DNA from: a bacterium
GTDB lineage: Bacteria; Bacteroidota; Ignavibacteria; UBA10030
Assembly (NCBI GenBank): GCA_043803945.1
Contig: JAZDJN010000018.1
Coordinates: 27,657 to 91,656 of the forward strand
Reading direction: 5' to 3'
DNA: 64,000 nucleotides
Every line of letters begins with the position of its first letter. Positions within the stretch are counted from its first letter, which is position 1. Position numbers and translations under genes: made by a program. Shown here in pieces: positions 31,728 through 42,419 of this stretch. The notes under the pieces are model-generated. The model saw only the letters and a list, made by a program, of their open reading frames with translations. It made no database searches and was not told where the DNA came from.

Positions 31728-34085
31728 TTACCGAATCAAATTCATTTTTCCGCTCTTGACAAATCCTCCCGCAAGCAACCGGTAGATATAGACTCCGCTG
31801 GGGAGATCGTTTGCACCGAAACTAACAAGATAATTTCCCGGAGTCAACTGCTGATTCACCAACGTAGCAATTTCACGTCCAAGGATATCGTACACCTTCA
31901 GGGTTGTCAGTGCAGTGCCGGCGATCGAGAATCTTATTTGTGTCGATGCGTTGAAAGGATTCGGGTAATTCTGCGCAAGCGAGAATTCGTACGGCATCAC
32001 CTTATCGCCTTCTACCACGGTGATACCCTGACCAGTCATAAACCGAGCTTCTGACGACCAATCGCCTTCACCAAATTGATTTGCAGCTAAGACATTCCAT
32101 CGATAGATAAGGTTGGGATTTAACGTTTTCGTACAAACCCACTGAGTATCCGCCACAATTGATTCGAGAAAAAGCAGTCCGGTCCCGTCAAGGATCCGGA
32201 TTTTATAGGAGGTAGCATTATTGTTCAACCAACTGAAAGTCGGAATCCGTGAAACATTTATTTTATTGACTGGATAGACAAGTGTTGGCGGTGCGGGCCA
32301 TGCAGTTTGGAAGCTCTGTGGTGCAGAGTACCCTCCTGCTTCAGTTTGGTTTCCTGCCACAACACGCCAGTGGTATTTCTTCTGCACCGTGAGTCCGGTA
32401 AGCACATACGTCGAATCGGTGGTATTAAGATTGAGAACCAGCGATGACGGAAAAAAATCCATCGAAGTGCTGACTTGTACATTGTACGAGGTTGCATTGG
32501 GTTGTTTATTCCACCTCAACAAATCGATACGAGCAAAGAAGCCACCCTCAAGTGGAGAGACCAGCGTCGGTGTTTGGAGCGATCCAACAGACTGCAGCGA
32601 GACAATATTGCTGAGCACACTTTCATTGTTATTTTTATCGATCGCAGCAACTGCATAATAGTATTTCACATTCGAGGTATCGATGCGCGCACTCGGTGTG
32701 GCGGATCGTTGTCCAGCAAGTGAAATCAAGTTATTGGCATTTTCAAAATCCGCTGGCTGTGGAGATGACGAGATAAAACGATAGACAAGATATCGGGAAG
32801 CAATGTCGCCGTCGCTGGCTGCACTTGGTTGATCCCACTGGAACGAACTGAGTTTGGTTACAGGATCATATACCGCTTTGAGATTACCCGGAACATTTGG
32901 CGCTACTGTTTCCTTCCATGTCATCACGGGAATGATCGAAGGTGAGCGGAAGGTCTGCGATTTCAGGATATCAGTAATGCCACCGGTATTCTTAATGATA
33001 TATGTAGCGCTATATTGGATACAACCTTGTACGTTTTGATTTGTGCGGTTGTACAGCAATTGATTCATAAGCTCCGACGCTCCGCCAAATGCAGTACCAA
33101 TACGATAGGTCGCATTACCGGTATAGAGGTGTCGACCATTGGTCTGAGTTGACCACCATTGCTGCAATGCCGCGTAATCCTGTCCACCGCCAAACGACCA
33201 ATATAATTGCGGAGCAAGATAATCGATGTATTTTCCGGAAAGCCACGCCACTGCATCACAGTAGATCACACTATAGTTATCCGCACCCGAGATACCGTTG
33301 GGGACACCATTCTTCCAGATTCCCCGTGGGCTCATCCCCCATTTTACATGCGGTTTGATAGCCTTGATGCTGTCATAAACCTGCTTGATAAGAAGATTGA
33401 CATTATCTCTTCTCCAGTCCCCCAGATTGGTGAAACCGCGAGGATAGGCCTGAAACGTCGCAGCATCTTCATTCGCAATGCCTTCCTGGTAAAAATAGTC
33501 ATCCATATGTGCACCCTCAATATCGTAGCGGCGCACAACATCGGCAATCACCTTTGAGACATGATCACGCACAACCTGTAATCCTGGGTTGAGGAATTTA
33601 TACGATCCCACTGTGAGAATCCAATCAGGGTTGCTCCTCACCACATGCGATGTATGTAACGGATAATTCCCTACCGTCCGTTCAGCGCGATACGGATTAA
33701 ACCATGCATGAATTTCCATCCCTCGTTTATGGGCTTCCTCAATTGCAAACTGAAGCGGGTCAAAATTATCGGAGGGAGCCGTACCTTGAGCTCCCGTGAG
33801 CCAGTAGGACCACGGCTCATAAGGAGATTTATAGAGTGCATCGCACTCAGTCCGGATCTGAAAAATAACCGCATTCACACCTGCATCGTAAAGGCCGTTG
33901 AGCATGTTGACCAATTGCAGCCGTTGATAGGCCGGATCCTCGCCACGCGTGGGCCAGTCAATGTTGGTGACTGTGGCTATCCAAGCGCCACGGAATTCAC
34001 GCTTCAACGCTTTCTGGGAAAAGAGGGATGAAACGCACAATACTGCAATAAGTATCAAGATGGCTAATCGGACACGATTTTTCAT
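31728..34085 (-). CDS. Glycoside hydrolase family 10-like (YddW/DigH, DUF187) with Fn3-like repeats and T9SS CTD
   Basis: EFRGAWIATV.NIDWP, HAWFNPYR, DDYFY and PQLYW; CTD LAQNYPNPFN. Confidence 0.9.
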   Translation of the reverse strand: MKNRVRLAILILIAVLCVSSLFSQKALKREFRGAWIATVTNIDWPTRGEDPAYQRLQLVNMLNGLYDAGVNAVIFQIRTECDALYKSPYEPWSYWLTGAQGTAPSDNFDPLQFAIEEAHKRGMEIHAWFNPYRAERTVGNYPLHTSHVVRSNPDWILTVGSYKFLNPGLQVVRDHVSKVIADVVRRYDIEGAHMDDYFYQEGIANEDAATFQAYPRGFTNLGDWRRDNVNLLIKQVYDSIKAIKPHVKWGMSPRGIWKNGVPNGISGADNYSVIYCDAVAWLSGKYIDYLAPQLYWSFGGGQDYAALQQWWSTQTNGRHLYTGNATYRIGTAFGGASELMNQLLYNRTNQNVQGCIQYSATYIIKNTGGITDILKSQTFRSPSIIPVMTWKETVAPNVPGNLKAVYDPVTKLSSFQWDQPSAASDGDIASRYLVYRFISSSPQPADFENANNLISLAGQRSATPSARIDTSNVKYYYAVAAIDKNNNESVLSNIVSLQSVGSLQTPTLVSPLEGGFFARIDLLRWNKQPNATSYNVQVSTSMDFFPSSLVLNLNTTDSTYVLTGLTVQKKYHWRVVAGNQTEAGGYSAPQSFQTAWPAPPTLVYPVNKINVSRIPTFSWLNNNATSYKIRILDGTGLLFLESIVADTQWVCTKTLNPNLIYRWNVLAANQFGEGDWSSEARFMTGQGITVVEGDKVMPYEFSLAQNYPNPFNASTQIRFSIAGTALTTLKVYDILGREIATLVNQQLTPGNYLVSFGANDLPSGVYIYRLLAGGFVKSGKMNLIR

Positions 34086-34143
34086 AGAGTTACCTCTGTT
34101 TCAATGCGTGGTTCGTTCTTATAATCAGACCAAAGTGTATTGT

Positions 34144-35265
34144 TCATGACTTATCGAAGCGCATCTGCGCTAGAAGCTGGAGCGACTCCCGTATTAACTG
34201 TTCCTCAACGTTTTCGACGACGTGAACTTCTCCAAACTGCTTCAACAAAACAAAACGGTTCCTTCCCTGTGATACATTTTTCTTATCGACTCTGATTGCC
34301 TGAAGAACAGGTGCCTGTCGAATCGATGGTATCTTGAATTTCCAAAGGACACGTTGAATCAGTGCAACGAGTCGTTCCAAAGTTACGGAATCGAGAAGCC
34401 CCATTTTCTGTGCGATGTATCCTTCCGCGATGAGTCCTAGCATTACCGCTTCTCCGTGCGTCAAGACCCGATAGTTGGTTGCCGTTTCCAGTGCATGACC
34501 GATTGTGTGTCCAAGATTCAGTATCACCCGCTCGCCGTCTTCACGTTCATCACGGGAAACAAGCGCCGCTTTTTCAGTGATGCAGCGAGCGACGGCCTGA
34601 AGCAGAACATCTGATTCGAGTCGAAGAATTTGAGGAAGAACTGTTTCAAGATACTGAAAAAAAGATTTATCAAAAATAGCTGCGTACTTAATCACCTCAC
34701 CCAGGCCGCAAATTATTTGCCGTTGGGGAAGTGTTAACAAATAGTGCACATCAGTCCACACAGCGACAGGCTGATGGAAAGCACCAATCATATTTTTCGC
34801 TCGCGGATGGTTTATACCCACTTTGCCGCCAACGGAACTATCCACCTGTGCCAGCAACGATGTCGGGAGATGAAGAAGGGAAAGCCCCCGTTGATAGGTA
34901 GCAGCAACAAATCCTGCCAGATCACCGATGACTCCGCCGCCCAGGGCAATGACAAGAGATTTTCGCGTTACTCCCTCTCTGAGCAATCTCGTATAGAGAG
35001 CAAGTGCACGTGACGGACTTTTTTGATTCTCCCCCGCTGGGATCACTATGCAAAAAGTTTGATAGTGCAATCCCTCTAAATACTTCTTAAGCGGTATCAG
35101 ATGATGACGAGCAACATTACGGTCAGTGATAATAACAACACTTTTTAAACGAAAAAAATCTCCAAGCAATGCGGCGAGGCTGTCGAGCATCGTTCTTCCG
35201 AGGTGAATCTGATAGCTGCGCTCACCAAGATGAACTGGGATTTGTGTAATGGGTATCTGCTGCAT
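34144..35265 (-). CDS. aroB: 3-dehydroquinate synthase
   Basis: GGGVIGDLAGF, DSSVGGK and LNLGHTIGHA. Confidence 0.96.
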   Translation of the reverse strand: MQQIPITQIPVHLGERSYQIHLGRTMLDSLAALLGDFFRLKSVVIITDRNVARHHLIPLKKYLEGLHYQTFCIVIPAGENQKSPSRALALYTRLLREGVTRKSLVIALGGGVIGDLAGFVAATYQRGLSLLHLPTSLLAQVDSSVGGKVGINHPRAKNMIGAFHQPVAVWTDVHYLLTLPQRQIICGLGEVIKYAAIFDKSFFQYLETVLPQILRLESDVLLQAVARCITEKAALVSRDEREDGERVILNLGHTIGHALETATNYRVLTHGEAVMLGLIAEGYIAQKMGLLDSVTLERLVALIQRVLWKFKIPSIRQAPVLQAIRVDKKNVSQGRNRFVLLKQFGEVHVVENVEEQLIRESLQLLAQMRFDKS

Positions 35266-35266
35266 A

Positions 35267-35830
35267 TTAGAGTTTGATCATTCCCCTGAGGTTTTTTACA
35301 ATTTCATCTACGGTAGGACCCACGCGTTTATTATCAGTCCTGATCACGATATCCGCACGAGTATAAAATTCCTCACGGTGATCGAGAATTTCATGAACCC
35401 TCTCTCGCATTTCATCCGGAGGAAGGATCGTGCCGGTTGAGCTTTTAAGCATGGGGCGATCCGTTTTATGCTGGACACGGTGGAGAATGTGTTCAGGAGA
35501 AAGTTGAAGATAGACAATCACACCGGTTTGCCGTATGATCTGATAATTTTGCTCGTTGGCAATTGTTCCTCCTCCAAGCGCGATGACATAGCGGTGATTT
35601 GAAGAGATTTTCGCGAGCACGCTTCGTTCAAGCTCTCTGAATTTCTGCTCTCCTTCTGAAGCGAAAATATCTACTACTCGTTTCTTCGTTTCGTGCTCAA
35701 TAAATTTATCAATGTCAATATAGTCAAATCCCAGAGTGTTTGCGAGGATAGGGCCGATGGTACTTTTCCCGCTCCCCATAAAGCCGGTAAGATAGATAAT
35801 GGATTTTTCTGTTTTGCCAGATGTTTTCAT
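35267..35830 (-). CDS. aroK: Shikimate kinase
   Basis: GFMGSGKST P-loop, GGG and RP motifs; adjacent to aroB. Confidence 0.93.
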   Translation of the reverse strand: MKTSGKTEKSIIYLTGFMGSGKSTIGPILANTLGFDYIDIDKFIEHETKKRVVDIFASEGEQKFRELERSVLAKISSNHRYVIALGGGTIANEQNYQIIRQTGVIVYLQLSPEHILHRVQHKTDRPMLKSSTGTILPPDEMRERVHEILDHREEFYTRADIVIRTDNKRVGPTVDEIVKNLRGMIKL

Positions 35831-36005
35831 TGAGGGGATTCTCTTCTCTGTAGAAGGAGCAAAACAAGAGGGAAAAAAACAATCCCTCTGGAGGATAATA
35901 TCACAATTGATCTCGATGGAGAGAACAATTCGTCCCATGCTGGAGAATAACAATGAAGAAGTCAGCGTCCAACAGGATTTACACCGAAGGAAAGATCATT
36001 TCTCA

Positions 36006-36722
36006 TCATAGGTCGATAACAATACCAAGGCCAAAGCAGAGGCCATTGACATTAATCTTGCTCTTGATGATGTCTCTCGAAATGAGAACCGCTTGATCGT
36101 TGATGATAGCGGCGGGTGATTCAAACCTGCTTTCGGTGATAACCTCGGGGTCCCGGAATCGCATTTGCGCGCGAAAAGAGATTCTTGAATTCACGCGATA
36201 GTCGAAATTCGTACCAACATGAATACCAAAGGCAAGGGGATTATTCTCCTGGAGAGCTTTGACACCTCCTATCTGAAGCGTCCGAACTCCGTAGTACACT
36301 CCGAGGCCTCCACCCATTGCCAATCTGATCGACTCGCCACCGACTGGAATGTTCACATAAATACCTAATTCGATTGGAAAAATTCGAAATACTTCCTTCA
36401 CCTGAGTCTGAATGGCGGGGCTGGTCGATCCGACATATTGGAATTCGTCCCGCGTCTTAGAAAGGTACTCGGCATACAGAGAGAGAGAGAGATCGTATGC
36501 GGGGATAAGGAATCTGATTTCAATATTGCCGCCGTACAGTCCATCAAAATCGTTTGACTGACTGCGAAGCTCAGCGGAGGGTGAATCGGGATTATAGAAA
36601 ATTTTTGCCGATGTGGTGTAGGTCGCTCCCGTTGTGATGCTGAAGGACCAGTTTCGTGTCTGGCTCGAAAGCACCAGAGTACAGCAGAGAGCTACGAGAA
36701 TCAATGAGAAGACACGTCGCAT
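36006..36722 (-). CDS. Putative outer-membrane beta-barrel protein
   Basis: Signal peptide, alternating aromatic/hydrophobic strands and a C-terminal GLGIVIDL strand. Confidence 0.6.
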   Translation of the reverse strand: MRRVFSLILVALCCTLVLSSQTRNWSFSITTGATYTTSAKIFYNPDSPSAELRSQSNDFDGLYGGNIEIRFLIPAYDLSLSLYAEYLSKTRDEFQYVGSTSPAIQTQVKEVFRIFPIELGIYVNIPVGGESIRLAMGGGLGVYYGVRTLQIGGVKALQENNPLAFGIHVGTNFDYRVNSRISFRAQMRFRDPEVITESRFESPAAIINDQAVLISRDIIKSKINVNGLCFGLGIVIDL

Positions 36723-36768
36723 AATGCCGGCTCTCTCCTAACCTACTCGCATCAGCGAGATGGATATG

Positions 36769-38886
36769 TTATCGATAAAATTTATCGCGATCATCGACGA
36801 TATCCGCTCGGTCTCGGACAGATGTGAGCCATTCGGAAAATACACGGTTTCGTTTTTCCGTGGTAATTTGATCACGAAGTGTCACTCGTTCAGCATTGTA
36901 TTGTATCGAATCAAACGCGGAACGAGAGAGAACTTTTAAAATGAAGTACCCTGATGCCCCTTCAATCGGTGTAGAAATCTCACCGATATTCACTTTGTAC
37001 GCAGCACCAATGAAGGCTTGATCGCGGCCGATGCCGGGAATTGGATCCATAGCTTTAAAAGGACCGATTTTCTGTGTTGCGACGTTGAGCATGGCCTGTG
37101 CTGCTGATACGAGACTTGCCGATGGAGTCAAAGATTTACGAAAAGCCTCAACCTGCTCACGAAGCTTGATCATTTTCTTTTCTCGAAGGACCTTGAACCG
37201 GATATTCGCTTTTACCTCATCCAGCGGCCTTACCCCTTCCGCTCGCTCGGCATCAATTTTGAAGACAGCAACACCGCCGTTGGTCGAAATGAGATCACTG
37301 ATTTCACCTTGAGAATTCTTAAAGGCAAATCCCATAATAGCATCATTAATCCCGAATCCCGGCACATAGTCTCCCTTCACAAAAAAGTCAGTCATTTCCT
37401 GAGCCTGGTTCTTTGTTACTTCAGCCGCCTTTTCAAATCCCTGCTCTTTGGCAATATCGACAAACTCCTGGGCCCGACGCATTGCCGCATCAATGCTCTG
37501 CGTACTCGCTTTAATCTTCATTACCAAAGATGCCAGCTTCAATTCCCGATTGTCTTTGCCTGTCACTTTAATGATGTGCCACCCAAACTGTGAACGAACT
37601 GGTCCAACGACAGAACCGACACCGGCACTAAAAGCAGCCTGCTCAAATGGCTTTACCCAACCACCTTTACCCGTCCATCCGAGATCGCCACCGTAGATTC
37701 GCGATCCAAAATCGTCACTGCTCTCACGAGCAAGCTTTGCAAAGTCTTCGCCAGTCCTTGCCCGTTTGAGCAAATCCCGGGCTTTTTGAATTTTGGCAAC
37801 CGAGTCTGGACCGGAAACAAGGTTGATAAGAATGTGGCTCGCACGTACATATTCCAACTCACCCTTTTTCTCTTCCAATACCTTGGTGAGTGTGAATCCA
37901 TTAAAATCTTTGATGGGGCCTACGATCTGGCCCTTTTTAGAACTAAAGACTTCATTCTCCACAAGTCGGCTCATCTGACCATGCTTGACAAATGTTGAAT
38001 CATTGACCGGTGTCTCGGAGTATGTTTTTGCCAGATCGATAAAATCACTTCCCGATTTTGACTGTTCCTGGAATCGTTTCATCTCATTTTCGATGACTGC
38101 GGTATCTTCGGCAGTCGGTGCAGTGCTAATGGAGATATATTTCAGCTTACGTCCAGCTTTAACTTTGAATTCTTCTTGAGTAGCATTGTAATACTTTTGA
38201 AGATCATCATCCGTCACAGTGACCATAGAATCCGGGATCAATCGATTTGGATCGAATTGTACGTACTCAGTTTCCATCGAAATCGATTTGTCCATGAATC
38301 GCTGCTTCATTTCCAGCTCGGTTGCGCGGACTGAGGCAAAGATCACGCTCTGAAGTTTCTCCAATGTGCGTTGGCGTCTCACAATTTGTTCTGCCGCAGC
38401 CCATGCGGCGGCATTCGATTTTTCCCGCATCGCGGCTTCATACGCATCCTGACGGAATTTACCAGTGGAATCCCGGAATTGGTTCGCGATGAATGCCGGT
38501 GGATTGGGTCCTTTAAAGATGTCGATGACCTCCTGATCGCTCACCGTGATGCCGAGTTTCGCTGCTTCTTGTTCGAGCAGGGTGTTCTGAATGAAGGAAT
38601 TCCACACCTGATTTCTGATTTGGCGCTCTGTTTCATCGGTTATTTCACCGGCACGTTGGCGATAATTCTCGAGTTGTGATTGATAGGTCTCGGAGAACTC
38701 ACGATAGGTAAGATCGGTGCCATTCACCGAACCAACCGCATCAGTCTGGCTTTTTCCACCATAGCGGTTGGATTTTCGGTTGCCAACATCCAATCCCCAA
38801 TCGAGGAAGATATAGATGATAAAAACAGCAGCAAAGGCACCGAATGCCTTCGATAGATTCTTTCGAATAGACGTCATCAATGGCAT
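36769..38886 (-). CDS. ppiD: PpiD/SurA-like parvulin peptidyl-prolyl isomerase
   Basis: N-terminal TM, SurA_N-like region, VRASHILI...GGDLGW...SQFGWHIIKV. Confidence 0.85.
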   Translation of the reverse strand: MPLMTSIRKNLSKAFGAFAAVFIIYIFLDWGLDVGNRKSNRYGGKSQTDAVGSVNGTDLTYREFSETYQSQLENYRQRAGEITDETERQIRNQVWNSFIQNTLLEQEAAKLGITVSDQEVIDIFKGPNPPAFIANQFRDSTGKFRQDAYEAAMREKSNAAAWAAAEQIVRRQRTLEKLQSVIFASVRATELEMKQRFMDKSISMETEYVQFDPNRLIPDSMVTVTDDDLQKYYNATQEEFKVKAGRKLKYISISTAPTAEDTAVIENEMKRFQEQSKSGSDFIDLAKTYSETPVNDSTFVKHGQMSRLVENEVFSSKKGQIVGPIKDFNGFTLTKVLEEKKGELEYVRASHILINLVSGPDSVAKIQKARDLLKRARTGEDFAKLARESSDDFGSRIYGGDLGWTGKGGWVKPFEQAAFSAGVGSVVGPVRSQFGWHIIKVTGKDNRELKLASLVMKIKASTQSIDAAMRRAQEFVDIAKEQGFEKAAEVTKNQAQEMTDFFVKGDYVPGFGINDAIMGFAFKNSQGEISDLISTNGGVAVFKIDAERAEGVRPLDEVKANIRFKVLREKKMIKLREQVEAFRKSLTPSASLVSAAQAMLNVATQKIGPFKAMDPIPGIGRDQAFIGAAYKVNIGEISTPIEGASGYFILKVLSRSAFDSIQYNAERVTLRDQITTEKRNRVFSEWLTSVRDRADIVDDRDKFYR

Positions 38887-38932
38887 AGCAGATACATCTC
38901 CTTGTCAATAACTATCTGAAAATTGGATTGCT

Positions 38933-38961
38933 AATATAGCCCCCAAACCCTTGAAATGCAA
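38933..38961 (-). promoter_or_regulatory. sigma70 promoter of ppiD
   Basis: Minus strand TTGCAT-N17-TATATT. Confidence 0.5.
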
Positions 38962-38972
38962 TGTTTTTTTTA

Positions 38973-39001
38973 TTGACTTTAGGGGCACATTGGTTTATAT
39001 T
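38973..39001 (+). promoter_or_regulatory. sigma70 promoter of secDF
   Basis: TTGACT-N17-TATATT. Confidence 0.65.
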
Positions 39002-39111
39002 TTGCATCGCTTTTTGAAGTTTTTTTCTTTTCCGGCTCATCCGGCACTCTGCCGAAATAATTTTCCCTGAAGAGCCGTGGGGAATCAAGTGAATTATGTG
39101 GAGAACTTTTT

Positions 39112-40989
39112 GTGAGAAACCAGCTTTCAAGAGTCCTTTTTGTTATAATCTTCGTCGTGTTGTCCGTTATTTTTCTTTACCCGACACTGGAAGATTATCA
39201 ATTCAGACAAAAACTCAGCTCGCTCTCAGGCCAGGACAGCCTCCAATTCTTTGAGCAAAATGAAGATGCCATCCGTGTTGCCAAGGATAAAAGGATGAAA
39301 CTCGGCCTCGATATCCAAGGTGGCATGCGGGTGGTCCTCGAGGTGGACATTCTGCAATACCTCGAACAGGAAGCTAAAAACGAAGATGATAATTTCAAGG
39401 CCGTCATGGCGGAGATGAAATCAAATCTGCTCTCTAATGATGAGTCTCTGATCCCGGCATTCGCAAAGAAATTTATGGATCGGGGGATTCGGCTTTCCCG
39501 CTATTATGGCGATATGCGAGACGACGACCAGAAGATTATCACGTTCCTGACCAATCAATCGCAGGTAGCGATTGATCGTGCCGAAGAGGTCGTCCGGAAC
39601 CGGGTCGACCAATACCGGGTTTCTGAACCCAATATTCAGAAGCAGGGAGGCCGCAGGATTATTGTTGAATTGCCAGGTGTCAAAAATGAAAACGAAGTCA
39701 GGCAACTGCTCAAAGGCACGGCCAAACTCGAATTTCGCCTGTTGCGGGATCCCAATATCTCCTACAAGGTGATGACCGATGTCAATAATTACCTGAAAGG
39801 TAAGCTTCCAGTCGATTCAACCGCTGCCAAGACTGTGGCTGCACAGCAGACTGAATCGAAAGACGCTCTGCAACAATTGCTTGGCACTGATAAACCTGCA
39901 GAGAAAGATACATCCCAAAAAGCGGGCGAATCTGTTGAAAATCCATTCTTCCAGTACGTGATGACAGATCCCAATCAACGCCCTGGTGATGGCATTGTGG
40001 AAGAAAAGAACCGCGACCGGGTCACCCGATTGCTTGCACGTCCGGATATTCAGAAGCTCCTTCCGGGAGATTTCCAATTTGTCTGGTCTGCAAAAGGAGA
40101 TAAATTTAGAGATGGGAAGCAATACTATTACCTTTATGCTTTAAAGAAAACTGTAGAGCTTACCGGTGCTGCGATTGAGAATGCGAGAGCGACAGTCAGT
40201 CAAGAAAATAATTTGCCTGTCGTCCAAATGGCAATGAATCGCGATGGTTCACGCGAATGGTCACGCATTACCGGCGCAAATATTAACAAACGAATTGCCG
40301 TCGTCCTCGATGAGGCGGTTTTTACTGCACCGGTCGTACGTACGAAAATTCCAAACGGACAATCGGTCATCGAAGGCATGGACAGCGGTGATGAAGCCAA
40401 ACTCATTGAGATTATCCTGAATGCCGGTGCACTGCCGGCGCCGGTCTCGATCATCGAGCAACGGTCGGTTGGACCATCCCTGGGAGAAGATTCGATCCGC
40501 TCGGGAGTCACAGCAAGCCTTCTCGCGTTTATCCTGACCATTATCTTTATGGTTGCGTACTATAATAATGCCGGCTTTATGGCGGATATTGCACTCTTTT
40601 TCAATATCCTGTTCATTCTCGGTGTGATGGCAGCATTTAAAGGTACCTTGACGCTCCCCGGTATTGCCGGTATCATTCTTACCATTGGTATGGCGGTCGA
40701 TGCCAACGTGCTGATCAATGAGCGTATCCGTGAGGAGCTTGCAGGGGGAAAAACTCTCCGCGCTGCTATCGATGCCGGTTACAAGAAAGCCTTCGCGGCC
40801 ATTGCCGACTCCAACATCACGACGTTTCTCACTGGCATTGTGCTTTACCAGTTTGGTACCGGGCCAGTTCAAGGATTTGCACTGACGTTGATGATCGGTA
40901 TCGTGGCAAGTATGATCAGCGCTATCATCATCACCAGAATAATTTTTGATTACATGACAGACAAAGGTTGGCACGTCAATCTCGGATAA
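39112..40989 (+). CDS. secD: Protein translocase subunit SecD
   Basis: LGLDIQGG, GPSLG and GMAVDANVLINERIREE. Confidence 0.96.
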   Translation: MRNQLSRVLFVIIFVVLSVIFLYPTLEDYQFRQKLSSLSGQDSLQFFEQNEDAIRVAKDKRMKLGLDIQGGMRVVLEVDILQYLEQEAKNEDDNFKAVMAEMKSNLLSNDESLIPAFAKKFMDRGIRLSRYYGDMRDDDQKIITFLTNQSQVAIDRAEEVVRNRVDQYRVSEPNIQKQGGRRIIVELPGVKNENEVRQLLKGTAKLEFRLLRDPNISYKVMTDVNNYLKGKLPVDSTAAKTVAAQQTESKDALQQLLGTDKPAEKDTSQKAGESVENPFFQYVMTDPNQRPGDGIVEEKNRDRVTRLLARPDIQKLLPGDFQFVWSAKGDKFRDGKQYYYLYALKKTVELTGAAIENARATVSQENNLPVVQMAMNRDGSREWSRITGANINKRIAVVLDEAVFTAPVVRTKIPNGQSVIEGMDSGDEAKLIEIILNAGALPAPVSIIEQRSVGPSLGEDSIRSGVTASLLAFILTIIFMVAYYNNAGFMADIALFFNILFILGVMAAFKGTLTLPGIAGIILTIGMAVDANVLINERIREELAGGKTLRAAIDAGYKKAFAAIADSNITTFLTGIVLYQFGTGPVQGFALTLMIGIVASMISAIIITRIIFDYMTDKGWHVNLG

Positions 40990-41024
40990 CCCGGGCCTGA
41001 CAACCATAAGGAGAATATAGTTCC

Positions 41025-41942
41025 ATGCACATCTTCAAGAAAACGAATCTAAATTTTATCGGTATTCGAAACCAGATGTACTATCTTTCGACTGCCGTTA
41101 TCGTCGCTGGGCTCCTGTCGCTTTTAATTCGCGGCATCGACCTTGGTATCGACTTCAAGGGAGGTACAGAAATCGTCCTCCGATTCGACCAGGTAATGGA
41201 TGCAGCAGATATCCGATCTGCTCTCGGGAAAAAAGACCTCGGACAAAGTGAAATCAAATCCTTCGGATCGCCCAAGGATGTCCTCATCCGGACCACGGAG
41301 CAAGGTGAAGGGACTGTAGTCGGTGAAAAAATTAAAGCAGCTCTCCAGGAAGCATTCCCGGATCGCAAGTTTGAGGTTCTGAAGGAAGATAAAATTGGAC
41401 CAAAGATCGGCAAAGAACTGCGTCGAGATGCATTTTATGCAATCATTGCTTCACTCATCGCAATACTCCTCTATGTCGGACTCAGGTTTAAATTTGTCTA
41501 CGGTGTCGGTGGAGTTGTCGCATTGTTCCATGACGTACTCGTCACCCTTGGCATCATGTCACTGCTCAATGGCGTCATCCCCGGATTGAATCTCGAAATT
41601 ACTCAAGAAGTAATCGCCGCGTTTCTCACGCTGGTTGGCGTCTCAATCAACGATACGGTGGTTGTCTTTGATCGGATTCGTGAGAATATCAAAATTTACC
41701 GGAGCATGGCTCTCAGCGATATCGTCAATAGAAGCCTTAACGATATGCTTGGACGCACAATCATCACTAACGGAACTATTTTCTCGGTGCTGTTAGTACT
41801 CCTTCTCTTTGGTGGTGAAGTGACCAGAGGATTTGCTTTTGCTATGACCATCGGCAGTATCGTGGGCACCTATTCTTCGATTTACATCGCGAGCGCCATT
41901 GTCGTAGACTGGTCGTTGAGGAAAAGGAAAACGGCAAAATAA
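41025..41942 (+). CDS. secF: Protein translocase subunit SecF
   Basis: GIDFKGG, SINDTVVVFDRIRE and GTYSSIYIA. Confidence 0.96.
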   Translation: MHIFKKTNLNFIGIRNQMYYLSTAVIVAGLLSLLIRGIDLGIDFKGGTEIVLRFDQVMDAADIRSALGKKDLGQSEIKSFGSPKDVLIRTTEQGEGTVVGEKIKAALQEAFPDRKFEVLKEDKIGPKIGKELRRDAFYAIIASLIAILLYVGLRFKFVYGVGGVVALFHDVLVTLGIMSLLNGVIPGLNLEITQEVIAAFLTLVGVSINDTVVVFDRIRENIKIYRSMALSDIVNRSLNDMLGRTIITNGTIFSVLLVLLLFGGEVTRGFAFAMTIGSIVGTYSSIYIASAIVVDWSLRKRKTAK

Positions 41943-41990
41943 CCAGGAACCTCTAATCATCGGACACATCTCTCAAAAAGGAGCCGGAGC

Positions 41991-42329
41991 ATGAAACTGA
42001 AAATCAAGGAGATCAAAGGCATCTCAGTTGTTGAATTGAAGGGGAATGTGATGGGCGGGCCGGATGCGACATTGTTGAATGAGGAGTTGCACAAACTTGT
42101 CGATGCCGGCAAAAAAAATGTTGTCGTCGATCTTGGTGAAGTTAAATTCATGAACAGTTCCGGCCTCGGCATGCTCATCGGTGCCTTGGCCACAATCCGC
42201 AATGCCGGCGGGAAAATGAAGCTGGCACGTGCCTCGGAAAAGATTGAAAGCCTCCTTGTGGTCACCAAACTTGTTACAGTGTTTGAACATCATGATACAG
42301 TCAGCCAAGCTGTCGCTTCCTTTAGTTGA
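41991..42329 (+). CDS. STAS-domain anti-sigma factor antagonist
   Basis: DLGEVKFMNSSGLG motif. Confidence 0.9.
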   Translation: MKLKIKEIKGISVVELKGNVMGGPDATLLNEELHKLVDAGKKNVVVDLGEVKFMNSSGLGMLIGALATIRNAGGKMKLARASEKIESLLVVTKLVTVFEHHDTVSQAVASFS

Positions 42330-42351
42330 GATTTACACATTCAAATGTGTG

Positions 42352-42382
42352 AAAAGCGTCTGTGCAGGCGGACGCTTTTTTT
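42352..42382 (+). terminator. Rho-independent terminator
   Basis: AAAAGCGTC...GACGCTTTTTT. Confidence 0.7.
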
Positions 42383-42419
42383 ATCTCTAGAATTGTCATC
42401 CCTTGTGTACGATTGCTCT